Shown in pieces: positions 16,433-22,631 of a DNA stretch of 22,631 bases. The translations under genes and the position numbers were made by a program. The DNA comes from Gemmatimonadota bacterium (GTDB lineage Bacteria > Latescibacterota > UBA2968 > UBA8231): positions 1-22,631 of the forward strand of contig JAYOYH010000061.1 in NCBI GenBank assembly GCA_038153405.1. Reading direction: 5' to 3'. How positions within the stretch are numbered: position 1 is the stretch's first letter; every line of letters begins with the position of its first letter. The notes below the pieces were generated by a model. The model was not told the DNA's origin. It worked only from the letters and a program-made list of their open reading frames with translations, and made no database searches.

Positions 16433-19400
16433 ATGAATTCAAAGCGCAATGCTTTTTGCTTGCTGCTGTTTGTTGTTCTGGTTGGTCTGGGGGGCACTGC
16501 CTTTGCCCAGCCGATCTTTGAAAACAACACGCCGACGGGTTTCTCGCCGTCGGACAGCACGCGTAAGTCGAGGTTTGTAACCGATACGGATATCACCGTA
16601 TTGGTCGACCTCAACGAGGCCGCTAACGCGACCTACCCCGTTATGGGTAATTTTCAAAAGGTCGAAAAGAGCGTGCCGTTTTACGCCGACGGCGATCGGG
16701 CCGGCTATATGTCGCAGGCCGTAGCCGTCGACGACAACGGCATCATCCACCGCGCTTGGGTGCAGCAGCGCGGGTTGGTGCGCAACGCCGTTTCGACCTC
16801 GTCACCGGCCTACGGCGTCGTCTACGCCAAGAGCTTTGACGGTGGTAAGACCTTTACCGACACAGTGTCCGTATCGGGCACTATGCGTTTCGATATGATT
16901 ACCCCGTCGGTCCAAATGAAGAGCGGTTTTTCTACGGTCGATATCGTTGTCGATAGTAAGGGCAATCCGCGCGTTTCTTATGCTATGGACTGGTCGGCTG
17001 ACGGTTTTACGAACGGCCATTCGCAGGCGGCTGCAGCCAGCGGCACGATCCGGGGTTTTGACGGCATCTTCTTCAACTACTCCAACGACGGTGGAAGCTC
17101 CTGGCTGCCGAGCAACAATACGGTGGTCCTAAACGATACGATTACCGTTGGTAGCCAACCTATCACCGCAGACTACCCTGGTCGCAATACGGCGTTCCCG
17201 CGTATGGCCATTACCGAGACGGACGATATTTTTATCGTTTACCAGCGCGGTTTCTTTGGGATGGGGTCTGCAACCAGCTCATCGACGCCCGATATCATGC
17301 TGACCAAGATGGACTCGGACAGCCTGTTGCTGGGTTCGGCGCAGCCGGTGAACCTAGGCAGCACGGGCAATCTGGGTAGCTTGGGTGGTGTGCGCCTGGA
17401 TATGGACGATATAACGGGCGTCTCGCCCGATATTGCCGTTGGCGATGACGACATATTGCACGTTACCTGGTATGCACCGTCGGCCACCTCTTCGCGTCGC
17501 ATCTACTATAAGTCGGTTCCAGCTCAAGACTGGAGCATTACGGGCGCACTGGGTTGGAACCAAGATGTTGCCGGTGCAACCGTGGGTACGTTTAATTCGG
17601 AGATTGGTAATTCAGCTACCGCTAACTTTGGCACGGATTTTGTTGCGGGTGGCACCGCTGGTCAAGCAAATAATGGTCCGTTAGGAATAGGGGGCTCAAC
17701 TTACATGGGCCATGGTATCGATCAGAAAATCCACCTTTTCCCGACCATTGTAATCGACCGCGAGCGCACGCCGGACCGCGTCTACGTGCTATGGAAGCAC
17801 ACGGATGCGACTAGTGCCACGCTAGGCAACGACGAAAATATTCGCTATAACACCTACACCTATGACGGTCGGGTCGGTGGTTCGGCCACTTGGGGTTCGG
17901 AGACGGACGCTTTTCCCGTGGGTGGTGCTTTGACAGGCTTTTACAGCGCGGACGGGGCCGGTCTGTTCCAAAACGGTGCCATTCAGCAGATCGAGAGCAA
18001 CTGGATCTTTGTCGACCGCGTCTCTGCAGTGATAGACTCTAGGATCCCCGGCGTGCGCGGTGATCTGCACATTGCATTTTCCGGTGGTTCTAGCGCTTCG
18101 ATAGTCAAAGCAGCCGCAGAAAGGTTCACTACTACTGGTGCGAATAAGCTCTACTATTCGCGTTTTAACGGCACGGAGTGGGAACTGCCGCAGGTGTTGG
18201 CCACAGCCGACAACACGGACGACGGCGTGCTGGCCAAGCACAAGCATCTCTTCGGAGTCGACTTGGCCATTCGCGAGGGCAATGAGAATATTTACATGAC
18301 GTTTGTCGGAGGATCGCCTACGACTGGCGAAGCTAGGAATGTTTTTGCTAATGGTGTTGCCATAACACAAACGACTGCTGGTATTGAAGATCACACTCCT
18401 GGCTTTGGTTATGCATCGCTCCACACGGGTGATACACAGCCCTTGCCGTACTTCAAGGTGCTGGGTCGCGTATCGACGTTTGAAGACCAGTCGATACCGG
18501 TGGGAGCGTATCAGTACCACCTGACCTACAATCCGGTAAACCCGCAGACCAGCGCGGTGTCTAATAACCTGGTGAGCGTCACGGTGGCCGATAACCAGAC
18601 GGGTGTCGGTATCGGTGGTGCCACGCCGTCCTCTTCGAAGGCGCCAGGCGGTTTTCTCACGGGTCAGTGGCGGTCCTTCGGGAATGGGGGTACGCTTGGT
18701 GTCTCCTCGCTGACCCCGAGCTCGGCAAGTGCCGTATACAAAGGCGCTTCGAGCCAGACCGAGGCACAAAACGACGCCGGTGTGTTCCAAGGTAAGACCG
18801 ACGACGATGGTTCGAGCGGTTTTGGCGAGTGGGGCGACAGCGGCGATAAGAAGGGGCTGTTGGTCAAGCTCAATATCTTGGGATCCGACTCGGCCAGCAA
18901 TGTGCAGCTGATTTACGCGAGCACGGCATCCAAGCAGATCAGCGGTTCGTCCAGTCAGCACATTGCACTAGCTGTTCAGGGTGCTAAGTTCAACGACGGT
19001 GGCGGCGCAGTTGCTGCAACCAGCACTCAGATGTACTCCTTTGTCCGGCCGATAACTGCTTCATCTACGGCGGCGGGGTTTGTTATTACCGAAGCCGGAA
19101 CCCTCCCCGGTGGTGCAGGCCGTTGGCCCGCCATGGGTTCGTACTTTATGATTGGTCCGGACATCGACATCGTCGCTGAGAACAAGGCGCCGTCGGTGGC
19201 GGTGGTTGCGCCCAATGCCAGCACGCTGGCGGGCGGCGCGTTTGCCAACGAGACCTTTGGCATTCAGTACGTGCTCTTCGACAGCGACGACAACGTAACC
19301 GATACCGATTCGGATACGCTGACGGCGGCGCTGTATGCCTATCCGGACAACGGTCTGCGCTCCGTGCAGGACATTCAGACCTTTGCCACGCTGATCGTCG

Positions 19401-22400
19401 ACGAACGCGACGCCACGGGCGCTACCAGGCGCGCGGCGGGCAATCCGGCGGCGACCAACGACTTTGTCGAAGGCCTGTCGGCGGGCAATACGCAGACCTA
19501 CAGCTGGGACAATCCGGGCACGGCCTATCAGAACGCCTTTGGCTGGGCGCCGGTAACCCGCATGCTGGACGGCACCTACTACATCTACATTGTCGCCGAC
19601 GACGGCGTCAACCCGGCCATTTACGCGGTGAGTAGCGGCGCCCTGCGCGTCCGCCACGTGCCGATTGTGCGCTCGGTGGCGCCGGTGGCGGCCGACACGG
19701 TAGATACGGGTGAGTACAGCAACCTGGCCAAGGCCAATCCGTATAAGATCAAGTTCACGGTGGTCGACTACGACGACAACGCGCAAGTGCGCCTGTTTTA
19801 CTCGACGTCGAACGCCCTTACGGCCTCTAACGTGACGGTGACGGGTAGCTACCCCAACCAGACGCTCGAACTGGCCGGTGCTTCGGCTATCCAGCTTTCG
19901 GATAGCCTGCGCACCGACGAGGATATCGAGTTCTTCTTTAACGTGGCGGCACAGGGGTCCACCCGCGACTCGGTCGTGGCCCAGGGCAACTACTTCATCT
20001 ACGCTGTAGCGGCCGATGAAGACACCTTCTCGATCGGCGTTTCGTCGAACGCGCTGGCGGTGCGCCATTCGCCCGCCTTCGAATTCACGGCGCCGATGAC
20101 GGGCATCACGCTGCCCCTCGATCCGTCGCAGCAGGATCGCTATACGATCGAATGGCAGCGCGGTCGCTCGGACAGGGACCTGGACGGCAATGCGATCATC
20201 TCGCTCTACTACACGGGCGTGGATCCGCAGTCTGTTAACTACTCGGGCACCGATTCGACGCGGCTGTTGGCTACGTCGGGCACGAATCCGGGGAGTGCGG
20301 TGCTGATCGCCGGCAATATTCGCGAGGACTTGGAAGGCGGCAACGACCAGTATGTCTGGAACTTCCGCAATCCGCCCGGCGCGCTGCCGAAGGTGCTCCG
20401 TCCAGTTGCGACGGGTACCAATCCGCATCCATATGCCGAGGTGACGGGCAATCCGGTCGATACGGCCTGGGTCTACGCCGTGCTGCACGATTCGCTGGGT
20501 AATACCCGCGTGCAGGCCGGTGGTTCGATCGTGCTGCGCTCTGGTGAGCAATATACCTTCCAGGAGACGCCGCGCGTCGTCATGAAGACGCCGCCGGCCG
20601 GTGGTCAGAAAATCGTCAACGGCGATATCGTCCGCCTCGAGTGGGACGCGTTCCTGATCGACGACGGCACGGGCACCGATGACGCCTACCTGCGCCTCTA
20701 CGCGGCGCCCAAGGGCAAGTACGCCACGCTTACGGCGCTGGAGTCCAATGCCAAGGGCCGCGGTGGAGCACAGGACGTCTATGTCATCAATAGCCTGACG
20801 GGTCAGGTCTCGGGTAGCAACGACACGGAGGAAGCCTACGATCCGCGCTTGAGCGTGCTGCGCGAGAGCGGTGATAACTTCCTGCTGTGGGATACCAAGA
20901 CCACGTCCTTTAAGATCCAGGGCACGCCGACGGAGTTCGATATCTTTATCGCCGGCAGCAAGGATCGTCGCTTTGGTTCGCCCGTCTACACGACGGTCAA
21001 TCCCAACGGGGATGGCACTACGTGGGAAGCGCGGATCGATTCGATTGCCTCGGGTATAGGCGTACAGGCGCAGAAGGCGGTGCTGTCAAAGGCCCCGGGT
21101 GCGCTGCGCGTGGAAGGCGCCGATCCGATCTATAGCATCGAGCTTGGACCGGGCACCATGTCGGCCAGCTCGGGCGATACACTGGAGATGGACGTGCTGG
21201 TTAACTCGCAGAACAGCTCGATCGACCTGATGGCGCTGCACTTGAACGTGCCGCGCAACTACTTCGAGGTCGTCGATATGAATGCGAGCGCAGCCGGCCT
21301 GCAGCCGTTTGCCGATTCGACGGGCGCCTTTAAGACGCCCTCGACCATCGCGCAGAACGACACCACGCAGGGCACGGACCAGTTTGTCAAGCTCAACTTC
21401 GTCGAGTCCATCATCAACGGCGAGGTAGTCGGCAACTCTACGGGCGATAGCTCGCAGGTAGCCGCTCGCCTCAAGCTGGTGGTCAAGCGTTTCTCCGGCG
21501 GTGCGCCGTTTGATACGCTGCTGGTCTGGTCGGCGGAGTCGGGTCGCCGCACGGCGTTCCGCCGCGGCACGACCGAGCTGGCTGCGCCGGCCCGCGAAGG
21601 GTTCATCACCCTGACGCCGGGTGCGCGCATCATCGCCACGGCGCCGCTCGAGGGCCGCTCGAACTACTCTGATACGCTGGATGTCCATCTGCGCAAGATT
21701 GGTTCGACGCACGATATTACGAATGCGAACTACATCGCAGCCAACGATATCACGCTCGATACGCTGAGCAGTGTGACGACGCTGACCATTAGCGGCGTCA
21801 CCGGCACCTTCGCCGCCGGTGAAACGGTGACGGGGGGAACCAGCGGTGCGACCGCTACCGTGTCCACGGTGGGTGGCGCAAGCCTGGACGTCGCGTCCGT
21901 CACCGGTACCTTTGCGGCGAGCGAAGCGCTCACCGGCGGCACCAGTGGCGCCACGGCGACCTACGTATCGACGGCAATTGGCAGCGTCGTGCTGGGTGAC
22001 TCGGTGCAGGTCGTCAGCGACGCCTTCGGTACCTTCTCGCTGACCGAGATACCCCCGGGTATCTACGAGATGACGGTGAAGGCCGACGGCTACGTCTCGG
22101 GTCGCACGGACACGCTCAACGTGTTCAACGGCCTGACGCTGACGCCGGATCCGACCTACGGTTCGGACGTGCTGGGCAACCTCTCGCCGGCTACGCCGCT
22201 GGGCTTCTTGCGCGGTGGTGATGCCACGGGCGACAATCAGGTCGACATCGCCGATGCCAACCTGATCTACAGCCTGTGGAACTTGACGCCGGCCAGCGGC
22301 AACTTTAGGCGCGCAGCCGATGTCAACGCCGACGGCGTGATCAACTCGCTGGATCTGGGCTTTGTCACCTCGAACTTCGGCAACGACGGCTACGGTGCAG

Positions 22401-22631
22401 CGCCTGTCTTTAAGCCCACGGGCGAAGACGGCGACAACGCCGCAGCGCAGGTCAAAGTCGAAGGCATCGAGGATGTCGAGGCCTGGTGGCCGGGTCGCGT
22501 CTTTGAGGTGACGGCACGCGTCGAGAATATGAGCGACGTCATGGCCTACGAGCTGGTGCTCGGCTACGATCCCGACCGGGTCAAGCTGCTGCCCAACGAG
22601 GCCGTGGTAGAAGGCAACGTCTTCGCCAACA
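16433..22631 (+). CDS. Giant secreted multidomain surface protein (Asp-box region, tandem beta-sandwich modules, cohesin-like, carboxypeptidase-regulatory-like, dockerin, cohesin-like); 3' truncated
   Basis: AAGGAG RBS, ATG at 16433 and signal peptide MNSKRNAFCLLLFVVLVGLGGTAFA. Manual translation stays open to the window end (2066 codons), which explains its absence from the ORF track. Motifs: SFDGGKTF, SNDGGSSW, GTFSLTEIPPGIYEMTVKADGY and GDATGDNQVDIADA...ADVNADGVINSLDL. Confidence 0.92.
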   Translation, partial: MNSKRNAFCLLLFVVLVGLGGTAFAQPIFENNTPTGFSPSDSTRKSRFVTDTDITVLVDLNEAANATYPVMGNFQKVEKSVPFYADGDRAGYMSQAVAVDDNGIIHRAWVQQRGLVRNAVSTSSPAYGVVYAKSFDGGKTFTDTVSVSGTMRFDMITPSVQMKSGFSTVDIVVDSKGNPRVSYAMDWSADGFTNGHSQAAAASGTIRGFDGIFFNYSNDGGSSWLPSNNTVVLNDTITVGSQPITADYPGRNTAFPRMAITETDDIFIVYQRGFFGMGSATSSSTPDIMLTKMDSDSLLLGSAQPVNLGSTGNLGSLGGVRLDMDDITGVSPDIAVGDDDILHVTWYAPSATSSRRIYYKSVPAQDWSITGALGWNQDVAGATVGTFNSEIGNSATANFGTDFVAGGTAGQANNGPLGIGGSTYMGHGIDQKIHLFPTIVIDRERTPDRVYVLWKHTDATSATLGNDENIRYNTYTYDGRVGGSATWGSETDAFPVGGALTGFYSADGAGLFQNGAIQQIESNWIFVDRVSAVIDSRIPGVRGDLHIAFSGGSSASIVKAAAERFTTTGANKLYYSRFNGTEWELPQVLATADNTDDGVLAKHKHLFGVDLAIREGNENIYMTFVGGSPTTGEARNVFANGVAITQTTAGIEDHTPGFGYASLHTGDTQPLPYFKVLGRVSTFEDQSIPVGAYQYHLTYNPVNPQTSAVSNNLVSVTVADNQTGVGIGGATPSSSKAPGGFLTGQWRSFGNGGTLGVSSLTPSSASAVYKGASSQTEAQNDAGVFQGKTDDDGSSGFGEWGDSGDKKGLLVKLNILGSDSASNVQLIYASTASKQISGSSSQHIALAVQGAKFNDGGGAVAATSTQMYSFVRPITASSTAAGFVITEAGTLPGGAGRWPAMGSYFMIGPDIDIVAENKAPSVAVVAPNASTLAGGAFANETFGIQYVLFDSDDNVTDTDSDTLTAALYAYPDNGLRSVQDIQTFATLIVDERDATGATRRAAGNPAATNDFVEGLSAGNTQTYSWDNPGTAYQNAFGWAPVTRMLDGTYYIYIVADDGVNPAIYAVSSGALRVRHVPIVRSVAPVAADTVDTGEYSNLAKANPYKIKFTVVDYDDNAQVRLFYSTSNALTASNVTVTGSYPNQTLELAGASAIQLSDSLRTDEDIEFFFNVAAQGSTRDSVVAQGNYFIYAVAADEDTFSIGVSSNALAVRHSPAFEFTAPMTGITLPLDPSQQDRYTIEWQRGRSDRDLDGNAIISLYYTGVDPQSVNYSGTDSTRLLATSGTNPGSAVLIAGNIREDLEGGNDQYVWNFRNPPGALPKVLRPVATGTNPHPYAEVTGNPVDTAWVYAVLHDSLGNTRVQAGGSIVLRSGEQYTFQETPRVVMKTPPAGGQKIVNGDIVRLEWDAFLIDDGTGTDDAYLRLYAAPKGKYATLTALESNAKGRGGAQDVYVINSLTGQVSGSNDTEEAYDPRLSVLRESGDNFLLWDTKTTSFKIQGTPTEFDIFIAGSKDRRFGSPVYTTVNPNGDGTTWEARIDSIASGIGVQAQKAVLSKAPGALRVEGADPIYSIELGPGTMSASSGDTLEMDVLVNSQNSSIDLMALHLNVPRNYFEVVDMNASAAGLQPFADSTGAFKTPSTIAQNDTTQGTDQFVKLNFVESIINGEVVGNSTGDSSQVAARLKLVVKRFSGGAPFDTLLVWSAESGRRTAFRRGTTELAAPAREGFITLTPGARIIATAPLEGRSNYSDTLDVHLRKIGSTHDITNANYIAANDITLDTLSSVTTLTISGVTGTFAAGETVTGGTSGATATVSTVGGASLDVASVTGTFAASEALTGGTSGATATYVSTAIGSVVLGDSVQVVSDAFGTFSLTEIPPGIYEMTVKADGYVSGRTDTLNVFNGLTLTPDPTYGSDVLGNLSPATPLGFLRGGDATGDNQVDIADANLIYSLWNLTPASGNFRRAADVNADGVINSLDLGFVTSNFGNDGYGAAPVFKPTGEDGDNAAAQVKVEGIEDVEAWWPGRVFEVTARVENMSDVMAYELVLGYDPDRVKLLPNEAVVEGNVFAN
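21797..21961 (+). repeat. Intragenic degenerate duplication, 102 nt (34 aa) period
   Basis: VTGTFAAGETVTGGTSGATAT (21797-21859) and VTGTFAASEALTGGTSGATAT (21899-21961). Confidence 0.85.

Noticed and set aside
17822..21712. Long minus-strand ORFs (17822-18961, 19061-20551, 21086-21712)
   Set aside because: Antisense shadows of the giant plus-strand CDS: R/V/G-rich with no motifs, as expected from biased codon usage.

Overview
GC-rich bacterial chromosomal window with no mobile element or CRISPR seen. The gene content suggests an FCB-group organism such as Latescibacterota, which is inference only. The left part (minus strand) is housekeeping: aspS, a coiled-coil lipoprotein plus double-LysM pair, the phoH-7TM/HD-ybeY-CNNM/CorC cluster and a truncated initiator tRNA-Met. 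The middle (plus strand) is a tight six-gene operon: cysM-like, JAMM/Mec-like protease, TMTC-like GT-C/TPR glycosyltransferase, ubiquitin-like sulfur carrier ending GG-C, a second TMTC-like gene, and cysK. After the convergent rpsT come a near-consensus sigma54 promoter with an IHF-like site and a ~160 nt hairpin-rich, terminator-bounded candidate sRNA. A >=2066-codon secreted protein, absent from the ORF track, starts at 16433 and runs off the window. It carries Asp-boxes, four tandem beta-sandwich modules, cohesin-like domains and a dockerin. All calls come from reading motifs by eye; no searches were run.
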